This document shows, in pieces, positions 19,416 to 28,212 of a DNA stretch of 64,000 bases; position 1 is the first letter of the stretch, and every line of letters starts with the position of its first letter. The notes beneath the pieces were generated by a model. It was not told where the DNA came from, did not search any database, and was given only the letters and a program-made list of their open reading frames with translations. The stretch comes from a bacterium (GTDB lineage: Bacteria > UBA8248). The translations under genes were made by a program, and so were the position numbers. Where the stretch lies: assembly GCA_963692865.2 (NCBI GenBank), contig OY843592.1, forward strand, positions 544,001-608,000. The letters run 5' to 3'.

Positions 19416-20326
19416 TGGCCCAAACCGACGAAGTGAAATCCACGCCGCCAGAAGATCTGGATCTGCTTCTGCCTCCGGAAGTAACGGGGCTGCGCCTGCT
19501 GTGGTGGCGGGTGCGCAACGCGGAGGAGCTCCGCTGGGTGCGCGTGGCGGCCCTGCGCGTTATCTTCGGGGTCGTCATGATCGTGTTGTGGGAATTTGTT
19601 TCGGGCCGCCTGATCGACCACCGGACTATCTCCAGCCCGAGCCTGCTCGTGACGTCTTTCTTCGAGATCTCGGATCCGGCCAACCCGGACGGCTCCCTGT
19701 GGGTGCACTTCTCCTACACGGTGGAGAACACCTTCTGGGGCTATCTCTTCGGCGCCCTGGCCGGGATCCTCTTCGGCTTCCTGCTGGCGGAGATCGAGGT
19801 GGTGGCCCTGGTCATCGAGCCGTTCATCATGGCTTTCAACGGGGTCCCGCGCATCGCGTACGCGCCCCTGTTCATCGCGTGGTTCGGGATCGAGCGGCAG
19901 CCCAAGATCATCCTGGTGATGACCATCGTCTTCTTCCTGACTTTCGTGAGCACGTTCGCGGGCATCCGCGGCGTGAGCCGTGACCTCATCAACGTGTCGC
20001 GCGTACTGGGCGGAAGCAAGATCGCCATTCTGCGCAAGATCGTGATTCCCTCCGCCTCGCCGTGGATCTTCAACGGCCTCAAGATCAGCATCCCGTTCGG
20101 CATGGTGGGCGCGATCGTCGGCGAATACATCATCGCCGACAAGGGTCTCGGGTACCTGCTCCAGCGCTACAACAACGAGTATTACACCACGGGCCTGATC
20201 CTCATCATCTTCCTGCTCATGATCCTGGTCATCCTGGTGAACCAGGTGCTGAACTGGGCCGAGGGGCGCGCCCTGCGCTGGCGGCCGACGAGCCGGATGG
20301 GGCAGGAAACCGTCATTCCGGGTTAA
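19415..20326 (+). CDS. ABC transporter permease (NitT/TauT)
   Basis: PRIAYAPLFIAWFG, EAA-like loop, GAIVGEY; ATG overlaps the upstream TGA. Confidence 0.9.
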   Translation: MAQTDEVKSTPPEDLDLLLPPEVTGLRLLWWRVRNAEELRWVRVAALRVIFGVVMIVLWEFVSGRLIDHRTISSPSLLVTSFFEISDPANPDGSLWVHFSYTVENTFWGYLFGALAGILFGFLLAEIEVVALVIEPFIMAFNGVPRIAYAPLFIAWFGIERQPKIILVMTIVFFLTFVSTFAGIRGVSRDLINVSRVLGGSKIAILRKIVIPSASPWIFNGLKISIPFGMVGAIVGEYIIADKGLGYLLQRYNNEYYTTGLILIIFLLMILVILVNQVLNWAEGRALRWRPTSRMGQETVIPG

Positions 20327-20382
20327 ACGCCGCCCCGGCCCAATTGAAGCGCGGGCCGGTCCATAAACGGAGGTAAGAACCG

Positions 20383-20805
20383 ATGCCGCAAGTCGTCGTC
20401 CTGGAACAAGTCCGCGCTCCCGTCGATAAGGTCTTCGAGTTCGTCGGGAACGTGGAGACGCACCCGCAGATAGCGCCCTTCTCAAAGGAGGTGACGATCA
20501 CCTCTCCCGGCGGCCACCAGGGGGCGGGAACGCGCTTTCACCAGGTCTTTCACGACAGGCCCGAGTGCGACTCGGTGATCACCGTCTGGGAGCCGCATTC
20601 GAAAATCGTCTGGGAGAACTACGTCGGCGGGAGCGATAAGCCCGCCCAGGTCATCACCTACCGCTTCGAGCAGGTCGGCGACGTCACCCACGTGATGCAC
20701 ACCGTGGACAACGACGCCTATGAGGACCAGACCCTGCACCGGGGCGGAACGGAAGAGAACATCGTGGAACTGGCGAACCTGAAAAGGCTGGCGGAGAGTC
20801 TGTAA
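20383..20805 (+). CDS. SRPBCC (polyketide cyclase/Bet v1-like) protein
   Basis: VRAPVDKVFEFV, GAGTRF, LANLKRLAE. Confidence 0.8.
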   Translation: MPQVVVLEQVRAPVDKVFEFVGNVETHPQIAPFSKEVTITSPGGHQGAGTRFHQVFHDRPECDSVITVWEPHSKIVWENYVGGSDKPAQVITYRFEQVGDVTHVMHTVDNDAYEDQTLHRGGTEENIVELANLKRLAESL

Positions 20806-20861
20806 GGACAGGCCCTCCTCGGGCCTGTCCGAGGCCGCGACGAGGCGATGCGGTTTTATTC

Positions 20862-21405
20862 GTCATTCCGGCGTCGGAGCCGACCAATGCGAGGCTGTTG
20901 AAAAAGTCCACAGGAGGAGCGCGCTGAATTTCACTCCCCCTCGAGGGTCGGCCTTACCTCCTCGGGAAGGCCGACGACGAGGTAAGGGCGTAAGCCCGCA
21001 AGCGAGTTGGTGGGGGGAGCTTTTTCTGTAGTATGTCCCCCCACCGAATCGGCCTCTTCGTCGGGCTTTCCCCTCGGGAAGCCCGACCCTCAAGGGGCTG
21101 TTGAAAAGCCCCGGTCTTCGCCCCCCGCAAACCGCCGACGCCTCTTTCCTCATCCTGAGTAGGCGCGTAAGCGCCGTATCGAAGGATGGGGGAACGCATC
21201 TGACCAGCGGGACGCGAATTTCGCCCTTCGATACGCGGCTTCGCCGCTACTCAGGGTGAGGCGGAGCGGCGGGCTGCGCAGGGCGAGGAGGGGATTGCGC
21301 CGCATCGGACTTTTTCAACAATCCCCTCAAGGGGGGAGTATATCTTCTCTCTCGTCTGTCGATTACATGCGCCGAATCACGCAAACAGGCTTTTTCAACA
21401 ACCCA
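20862..21405. mobile_element. Nested repeat complex: D shell > family B element > D shell > family E element
   Basis: 21094-21325 is a near-identical inverted copy of 51160-51393. Confidence 0.78.
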
Positions 21406-21669
21406 CTTACGTCCTGGCCTCTCCGGGGGCATATTTCCCCCTATCCCATTCAAGCGAGTTTTGCGATCGCGCTTTCCCTTTCCGCGCATTCGGGTTCATA
21501 ATCCGGGGTATGCAAAATCCCGAAGCCGCAGACGAAAAGGCCGGGGCCGATCGGACGGCCCTGGCGGAGAGGTACGGCGGGCGGGAGGCCGCCTCAAGCG
21601 GGGGCGGATATTTCGTCTCTCCCGCGCCGACCCATTGATGGACCAACAACCACCCCAAGGAGGAAGAGC

Positions 21670-22776
21670 ATGAGAAAGAAACTTTTCGTATTCGGCATCG
21701 CGGGGCTGGCCGCGGCGTGCGTCGCGGGCGCTTCGCTGGCGGAGGCCGCCAGGATCACCGACCAGGAGAAGAAGCTCATCCGCGCGGCGAAGAAAGAGGG
21801 CGGCGTGGTCATCATCAACCCGCTGTTCAGCGACCGCACCTCCAAGGTGATGGGCCCCGCCTTCGTCAAGCGCTACGGCCTGGGCGACGGCTTCAAGTTC
21901 CGTAACGTGCGAAAGGGAACGGGTTCCACCGTCGCGCAGGTGCGCCAGGAGATCAAGGCGGGCAAGTTCACGGTGGACGTCCACCTGGTGAGCGCGCCGG
22001 GGTTTTTCCACGCGGCGGTGAAGCGCGGCGCGTTCTTGAAACTCGACAGCGGCAAGTGGAAAGAACTCGTAAAAGTCGTGGAGAAGGCCGGCCAGTACCA
22101 CAACTACCCCTACATCGTGACGCCTCTGGCCTACAGCTTCCAGCCCGTTTGGAACAGCTCCTGCCCGGGTCTCAAGGACTTCAAGGTCACCTCGCTGTTC
22201 GACGTGGTCCACCCCTCGCTCACGGGCAAGACCATCGTGACCGACATCACCAAGAGCTTCACGACCACCAACACCGTTATCGGCCTGACCGAGGCGGGCG
22301 TGGACATGAGCGATTTCTGGAAGCGGATGAAGGCCACCAAGCCCATCGTCATGTTCCGCACCGAGCCGCGCATCCAGACGGTGATCAACTGCGAGCGTCC
22401 GGTGGACATGTTCAACCTCACGGGCCGCATCTACCAGAACGTCCTCAAGAAACCCTCTCTCGCCAAGATCATCAAGGCCAGCCACTTCAAGGAAGGCCAG
22501 GTCATGCTCGGCAACCAGGTGGGCGTGATCAAGGGCTCGCCGCACCCCAACGCGGGCAAGCTCCTGATCGAGTTCCTCATGAGCAAGGAAGGCACCGACA
22601 TCTACGTCGGCAACGAGGCCATCTACTCCTTCCGTGAGAACTACACGCCGCCCGAGAACGTGCGTCCGTTCCTGATGGACCTGAGCAAGGTGAAGCTGCT
22701 CGGTCTCAAGGACTGGGTCGCCGCCCAGCGCAGCTTCAAGAAAGTGCGCGGCGAATGGCTCAAGGTATTCAAGTAG
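21670..22776 (+). CDS. ABC substrate-binding protein (AfuA/Fe3+/thiamine-like family), orphan
   Basis: LIRAAKKEGGVV, KGSPHPNAGKLLIEFLMSKEG. Confidence 0.82.
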   Translation: MRKKLFVFGIAGLAAACVAGASLAEAARITDQEKKLIRAAKKEGGVVIINPLFSDRTSKVMGPAFVKRYGLGDGFKFRNVRKGTGSTVAQVRQEIKAGKFTVDVHLVSAPGFFHAAVKRGAFLKLDSGKWKELVKVVEKAGQYHNYPYIVTPLAYSFQPVWNSSCPGLKDFKVTSLFDVVHPSLTGKTIVTDITKSFTTTNTVIGLTEAGVDMSDFWKRMKATKPIVMFRTEPRIQTVINCERPVDMFNLTGRIYQNVLKKPSLAKIIKASHFKEGQVMLGNQVGVIKGSPHPNAGKLLIEFLMSKEGTDIYVGNEAIYSFRENYTPPENVRPFLMDLSKVKLLGLKDWVAAQRSFKKVRGEWLKVFK

Positions 22777-22821
22777 GGTAGGAACCCTCTCGCGCTCCCC
22801 TGCGGGGGAGCCGGGGGGAAG

Positions 22822-23318
22822 TAGGGACAGGTCGCGGCCTCGGACAGGCGCAGGGGCCTGTCCCTACAGGTATTGGAACACGGGCGGCCTTATGGGATTG
22901 TTGAAAAAATCCGTTGCGGCTCGTAACAGCGATTTCCTGCAATCGTAGGGACAACCCCTCCTCGGGGTTGTCCTGCCCTCCGTGGTTGTCCTTTTACAGG
23001 ATGGTTGCAATCAGGACAGGCGCGGAGGCCTGTCCCTACGGAACCCTGAAAAAACAAAACCGTAGGGGCGGCCCCCTGTGGCCGCCCGATTTCACGGCGT
23101 CCTTCTCCGCGCGGGAGACCGCAGGGGCCGTTCGCGAACGGCCCCTACAAAATCCGGCGGGCCGGCGCAGGTGTCGGACAGGCACGGGGGCCTGTCCCTA
23201 CAGCCGGAAAAGCAACCCCCCCCCCGACAAGGGAGGTTGGGGGGTTCTGTAGGGGACGCATACATGCGTCCCGGCTTTTTCGCCACTGGGACAGGGGTCG
23301 CATATATGCGACCCCTAC
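22822..23318. repeat. Dense cluster of GTAG REP-like hairpins
   Basis: About nine GTAGGG.../...CCCTAC palindromes with different stems. Confidence 0.8.
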
Positions 23319-23433
23319 AGGTGAAAGCCAGATTACGCGAGGAGACCCGCCTCCTCCCCGTAGCACCCCCGCCCCCTCCTGTGGTAAGAAAACCCCTCGT
23401 TCTTTCGTTTCACACCCAGCACTTGGAGAATCC

Positions 23434-24444
23434 ATGAGCGACAAGATACGCCTGCTCGTCACGGACGGGGCGTCGGGCCGTTTTCTGGCGAGGGTCAAGG
23501 CGAATCCCGCCGCAGCGCCTTTTGAGATCATCGCACCCGACAGCACGGAAGAAGAAGCGCTCCTGGTCCTCGCGCCCGAGGCCGAGGCGACCCTCTGCTA
23601 CAAGGCGGCGCTGCCGGCTTCCGTCATTCGCGCGGCGGGCAAGCTCCGCTACATCCAGAAGCACGGTCTCAACTGCAAGAACATCGCCGTCGAGGCGGCG
23701 CGCGAGCGGGGCATCCCCGTCGGCACGCAGTCGCTCATGCGGAACGCCACGGTGGCCGAGCAGGCCCTCACCCTCATGCTCTGCTGCGAGCGCAAGACGA
23801 TCCCGGGCCAGAAGGCGGTCGAGGCGGGCGTCTACCGCGAGATGGGGCTGGAACCCGTCGCCACCAGCCAGTGGAACATCCGGCCCAACTGGCCGGAGAT
23901 CGAGGGCGTCGCGGAGCTATATGGCAAGAGCGCCGGGGTCATCGGCATGGGCGACATCGGCATGGACATCGCCAGACGCTGTCTCGCCTTCGGCATGGAG
24001 ATATTCTACTACCAGCGAACGCGGCACTTAGCCCAGGTCGAGGCGGAGTACCGGGCCGCGTATCTGCCCTTCGACGACCTGCTCGAGCGCGTCGACTATC
24101 TCGTGCTCGTCCTGCCGCACACCGAGGATAGCGAGGGGATGATAGGCGCCGAACAACTCGCGCGCATGAAGAAGACGGCGGCCCTCATCAACGTGGGCCG
24201 GGGCGCGCTCGTCGATGAAGCGGCGCTTGCCCGAGCGCTTGAGCAAGGCGAGATCGCCATGGCGGGGCTCGATGTTTACCGCTATGAACCCCTGCCCTAC
24301 GACAGCCCCCTTATCGGGCTGCCGGGCGCCGTGCTTCTGCCACACACCGGCGGCGGCTCGAACCGCCAGTGGGACGTGGACATCCCGGCGTCGCTGGGCA
24401 AGATCGCCGCGTTCTTCGCAGGAGAAGGGGGCGGGAAGTCATAG
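23434..24444 (+). CDS. D-isomer-specific 2-hydroxyacid dehydrogenase
   Basis: GMGDIG, INVGRG, GLDVY..EP, LPHTGG. Confidence 0.9.
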   Translation: MSDKIRLLVTDGASGRFLARVKANPAAAPFEIIAPDSTEEEALLVLAPEAEATLCYKAALPASVIRAAGKLRYIQKHGLNCKNIAVEAARERGIPVGTQSLMRNATVAEQALTLMLCCERKTIPGQKAVEAGVYREMGLEPVATSQWNIRPNWPEIEGVAELYGKSAGVIGMGDIGMDIARRCLAFGMEIFYYQRTRHLAQVEAEYRAAYLPFDDLLERVDYLVLVLPHTEDSEGMIGAEQLARMKKTAALINVGRGALVDEAALARALEQGEIAMAGLDVYRYEPLPYDSPLIGLPGAVLLPHTGGGSNRQWDVDIPASLGKIAAFFAGEGGGKS

Positions 24445-24486
24445 CGCGGGTAAGGCAGCACTCCCCCCTTCTAGAGTACTCAACAG

Positions 24487-24975
24487 TCACTCCCCCCTTG
24501 AGGGGGTCGGGCTTCCCGAGAAGAAAACCCGACAGAGGCCGATTGGTTTGTGCGAAGGCCGATGTGGTGGGGGGACGATTCTCACTAGAATAAAAGCTCC
24601 CCCCACCGAGTCAGCCTTCACCTGTCGGTTCGGCTTCCTCGTCGGTCTTCCCCGAGGGAGACCGACCCTCAAGGGGATGTTGAAAAAGTCCTGATGAACG
24701 AGTGTTTTACGCGACCGGGGAGGAAAGGTTTTTGTAGGGGCCGCATATCATGCGGCCCGCCTTGTGGAGGCGAAAATCAGGGTCGCATGATATGTCAGAC
24801 ATATATGTCTGACCTACAAACAAATTGTCTCTCTCCGGCTTTTTCAACACCCCCCCTCAAGGGGAGTGGTTCTTTTCACTCTCGTTAATTGGCAACGACC
24901 CTCAAGGGGGATTCATTTCATTAGCGTATGTCGATTGAGGAATCCATTCAGCTGCTTTTAGGACTTTTTCAAAAA
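24487..24975. mobile_element. Nested repeat complex (family B element with D shell inserted at its right end)
   Basis: Shared with 3781-3954 and 9476-9716. Confidence 0.75.
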
Positions 24976-24995
24976 CCCACCGAATTTCAGGCCTG

Positions 24996-25024
24996 TTGCC
25001 GGGCATCCCGAAAGCGGCTAACAT
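24996..25024 (+). promoter_or_regulatory. Sigma70-like promoter of hicBA
   Basis: TTGCCG-N17-TAACAT; near-duplicate at 26068-26096. Confidence 0.5.
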
Positions 25025-25069
25025 CGAAGGGGTGACAGTATCGGCGTTGAAGGAGCAGGGAGAATCGCC

Positions 25070-25279
25070 ATGAAGAAAAAAACCACTTACACGGCCACCA
25101 TCGGTAAAGACGGTCCGTGTTGGATCGGATGGATTGAAGAGGTTCCCGGCGTCAACTGCCAGGAGGCTTCGAGGGAGTAATTGCTGGATTCCCTGACCAT
25201 CACCCTCCGGGAAATGCCGGAAATCGATCCCGCCAAATCGCCCGGGGAGAATTTCGAAAGAGAACCCATCACCATATGA
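25070..25279 (+). pseudogene. hicB: HicB-like antitoxin, nonsense TAA at 25178-25180
   Basis: MKKKTTYTATIGKDGPCWIGWIEEVPGVNCQEASRE*LLDSLTITLREM...; GGAG RBS. Confidence 0.8.
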
Positions 25280-25470
25280 AGCGCCGGGAACTTTTGAAAT
25301 ATCTCTCCGAGAACGGATGCGAAGAACTCAGGGAAGGCAAATAACATACCCTTTGGCACAACCCGGCGCTTAAAAAGTGCTCCACCATTCCCCGTCACAC
25401 CGAAATCAGCAACTACCTCTGTAAAAAGATTTGCAGAGATCCGGGCGTGACGCCCATCGGGATGAAAAAC
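25276..25470 (+). pseudogene. hicA: HicA-like mRNA interferase toxin, nonsense TAA at 25342-25344 (3' end approximate)
   Basis: MKRRELLKYLSENGCEELREGK*HTLWHNPALKKCSTIPRHTEISNYLCKKICRD; ATGA overlap with hicB. Confidence 0.82.
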
Positions 25471-25684
25471 CCGCGCATTCGTCCTCCTGACCCGGCCGTC
25501 CATCCCCCCGGCGGGGATGATGGGGGGCGTCTTAGAGGAACGGGAATCGAATCATTGCGCCATGTTTCCGGTAGCGTGTGCCGGAGTTTAGCCTTGCCTG
25601 GAAAAACTGATCTCTTCTTGTGAGGGATAGCGAAAGGATATCTTCTGCAATATGTCGTGAAAGCGGAACTTTTCTTTTCGAGCA

Positions 25685-25930
25685 TTACGAAAAATAGGCC
25701 CGCGACAGAAACCTTTGTTTGATGCTGTCGGGGCCACTGCTGCACTTCTGCACCAGAAAAGTGCCCAGCGTATGCGTTTTCATCGTCGTTTCGATTGCAA
25801 CTCTCCTGGTGTCGTAGTCTCCGATCACATTGCGATTTTTGATTACGATATGCCTGCCGTCATACTTCTCGGCGAGATCGGTCCGGTTTTCCAAATAGTA
25901 TTCAAATTCATCGTTCAATCCATTTTCCAT
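25685..25930 (-). CDS. Small DUF5678-like protein
   Basis: EFEYYLENRTDLAEKYDGRHIVIKNRNVIG..GTFLVQKC; GGAGG RBS and TGnTATAAT upstream. Confidence 0.65.
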   Translation of the reverse strand: MENGLNDEFEYYLENRTDLAEKYDGRHIVIKNRNVIGDYDTRRVAIETTMKTHTLGTFLVQKCSSGPDSIKQRFLSRAYFS

Positions 25931-26235
25931 GGCGCGCCTCCTGAGGAACTCTCGATTTCAGCCGATTGGCCAAAAACACGGAAGAGAGCAAAATTCATTA
26001 TACCATCATCTCGGAATGCCGCCCGCTCCCCCCTCTCGGCGGGCCGCCCGAAAACCGAAAAAATTTGTTGCCGACCATCCAAAAAGCGGCTAACATCGCA
26101 GGATCGAAATGCACGGCCGGTGAAAAAGAAAATGAAGCCGGCGCTTGGAGACGGGTTCACCGTGACCCCGGAGAGCCAACGCGAGCCTTGCTCACGCCCG
26201 CATCCGCTCCCGGGCGCGCATCGTCCGAAGAAGGA

Positions 26236-26528
26236 GGGGGTTACTCATTATTCCCGGAAGCGGATCTGAGGACCCAACTCGAACCCGAAACGGTACTGGC
26301 TACTCCACGAGGATGAGTAGCTAATGAGTAACCCCCAAATTCTTCATCCACTCGCGCGCGCCTCCGCGCCTCGGACGCGCCCTGCAAATCCCCCATACCC
26401 GCCGCCGGGACGCCGAAACGGGGAGGGGGCTACTCATTACTTCCCGTTTCATGTCGATGGCCGGTCGACAGGAAACGAGACGCGACGCATCCCTTAAGGT
26501 AGAGGTAAGCGGTTAATGAGTAGCCCCC
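26236..26528 (-). ncRNA. Two tandem structured hairpin cassettes (candidate ncRNA; strand inferred from G-U pairing)
   Basis: GGGGGYTACTCATTA-N71/N74-TAATGAGTARCCCCC with a compensatory base-pair change. Confidence 0.45.
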
Positions 26529-26640
26529 GATGCTTCATCCGCTCCAGCGGGTTCCGGGCGCGCTCTCGAAACCGGCCCCGGCGCCATTCCCTGGGCAGGC
26601 GCCGTTTCTTCGCCTTCGGCGAGGTATCCGGTTTCCCCAT

Positions 26641-26669
26641 TTGACCAAATAGTCATTTTCTCCTATAAT
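26641..26669 (+). promoter_or_regulatory. Near-consensus sigma70 promoter with overlapping palindrome
   Basis: TTGACC-N17-TATAAT; TGAC-N6-GTCA overlaps the -35 box. Confidence 0.6.
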
Positions 26670-26816
26670 GCATCCTTGAAAACGGTTTCACAAAAAAAGC
26701 CGCTCCCATAATTTTAGATTGACGCACACATGGCAAAGCCGTTCGACCCATACAATCGTCCCCAATCCACTCTCGGATTGATTCACTCGATCCGGCGGAC
26801 GAAGTCCGGGCTGGTT

Positions 26817-26931
26817 GGCATACAATCCACGTTTTGGAAGAAAAGTGGGTTCCCGCCTATTCCAACTCTCAGAAGAGTCGTTTTGTATTCAGCGGGCAGC
26901 CCGAGAATCTACCATACGCGGATTGTATGCC
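26817..26931 (-). ncRNA. Candidate rod-shaped small RNA
   Basis: 12-bp closing stem GGCATACAATCC/GGATTGTATGCC plus internal stems; promoter TTGACA-N17-CACTAT at 26967-26939 puts +1 at the stem base. Confidence 0.5.
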
Positions 26932-27157
26932 GGGTAAAATAGTGGAGGATACAACCTGACTTGTCAAGAAAGAAATTGAGACTTTCGCGCAACCTTTTCC
27001 GTTTTTCGAGAAAAAACCGGGTATCGCCCGGGGAGGCGCGGAGCCGACAAAAGCCCTCGGCCCGACTCACCGAATGTCCCGCATCGTTTCCGTATTCGAG
27101 CGGCCTGCGTCCGGCCGCCCATTGCGCGCAGGGCCCGGGTTCCTCAAAAGCGCTCCC

Positions 27158-27595
27158 CTATTTCTGCGCCCAGTCGGGAATCTCCTCGCCCTCGGGGACG
27201 TACTGCACCAGCTCTATCGCGAGGCCGCCCGTGGTGGCCGCGTTCGTGAAGGTGATGACGCCGCCGCGCGACCCGTAGGTGGGCGCCAGGACGAACTCGA
27301 CCCCCTTGGCCTCCCACTCGGCCATCGTGGCCCTCAGGTCGTCGACGACGAAACAGATGTGGTGCAGACCCTCGCCGCGCGAGGCGATAAATTGATTTAG
27401 CGGCGCCTCGGGGTCGCTCATCTCCACGAGTTCCATCACCGCGCCCTCGGCCTCGTAGAAATCGAGCCGCGCGGTGTTGCCAGGCCGCTCATACACCCTT
27501 CTCTCCAGATACTGAAAACCCAGCAAGTCCTCCATCATGTTTTTCTTCTCGTCGAGATTGCGCACGGCGTAGCCCAGGTGATCCACTTTCGGCAT
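27158..27595 (-). CDS. VOC family protein (methylmalonyl-CoA epimerase-like)
   Basis: VDHLGYAVRNL, RGEGLHHICFVVDDL, GGLAIELVQ. Confidence 0.85.
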   Translation of the reverse strand: MPKVDHLGYAVRNLDEKKNMMEDLLGFQYLERRVYERPGNTARLDFYEAEGAVMELVEMSDPEAPLNQFIASRGEGLHHICFVVDDLRATMAEWEAKGVEFVLAPTYGSRGGVITFTNAATTGGLAIELVQYVPEGEEIPDWAQK

Positions 27596-27774
27596 GTTTC
27601 GCTCCTTCGAATATGTATGGAACCGCATATGCAAAAAACCGCTCGCAGGCTACCGCGTCCCCGCGCCCGCGCGCAAATTTACCAGGGCGCAGGCGGCGCG
27701 TCCGGCGCGAGAAGCGTTCACCCCCGCGAACAATGCGCCTCGCGCCCGCCCGGCGGAGCAGCCGCCCCATCGGA

Positions 27775-28137
27775 GGGTTGTTGAAAAACCCCTCCTCGCT
27801 CGGTCGATTCCTCCCTCATCGGTCGGAACCGACCACCGCCGTCATTCTGGTGTCAGACCCGATTGATGAATGAGGGTTTGACGGAATCCATTTTCAAGCA
27901 GAATAACGATACCCCGGCATTTCATCTCCCCATCACCCGCGGGGATCAATCAGAAAACAAAAAAACAAAAGCAAAACAATGGATTCCGGCTTTCGCCGGA
28001 ATGACGAGCAAAACCGAACCGCCTCCAAAGGACAGGTCGCTACCTCGGACAGGCCAAAGGGCCTCTCCGCTACGCACCCCCTCCCCGGTTGTTTACATTC
28101 GCCGAATCACGGAATCAGGACTTTTTCAACAACCCCT
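27775..28137. mobile_element. Family D shell with family A/C REPs
   Basis: GGGTTGTTGAAAAA...TTTTTCAACAACCCC ends; left part shared with 51116-51154 and 60896-60945. Confidence 0.72.
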
Positions 28138-28212
28138 TCGGGGTGGCCACCTGGAGGAGCGGTCTGTATACTCTGCCTCTTTTGCGCAACAAAGAGGATT
28201 CTCAAGAAGCGT

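Noticed and set aside
22822-23318. CRISPR array
   Set aside because: Repeats are not identical or regularly spaced, they occur in both orientations, and there are no cas genes; these are REP-like
25070-25470. TAA recoding to explain the two stops
   Set aside because: TAA terminates many normal genes in this window (e.g. 3564, 6946, 16840)
26266-26295. Hammerhead ribozyme (CTGAGGA...GAAAC)
   Set aside because: The intervening CCCAACTCGAACCC cannot form stem II, and the core is absent from cassette 2
25000-26600. Integron cassette array or retron
   Set aside because: No attC GTTRRRY/RYYYAAC architecture recognised; no integrase or reverse transcriptase in the window
26730-26942. 70-aa ORF as a protein gene
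   Set aside because: No RBS, atypical codon usage, no motif; better explained by RNA structure, though not excluded
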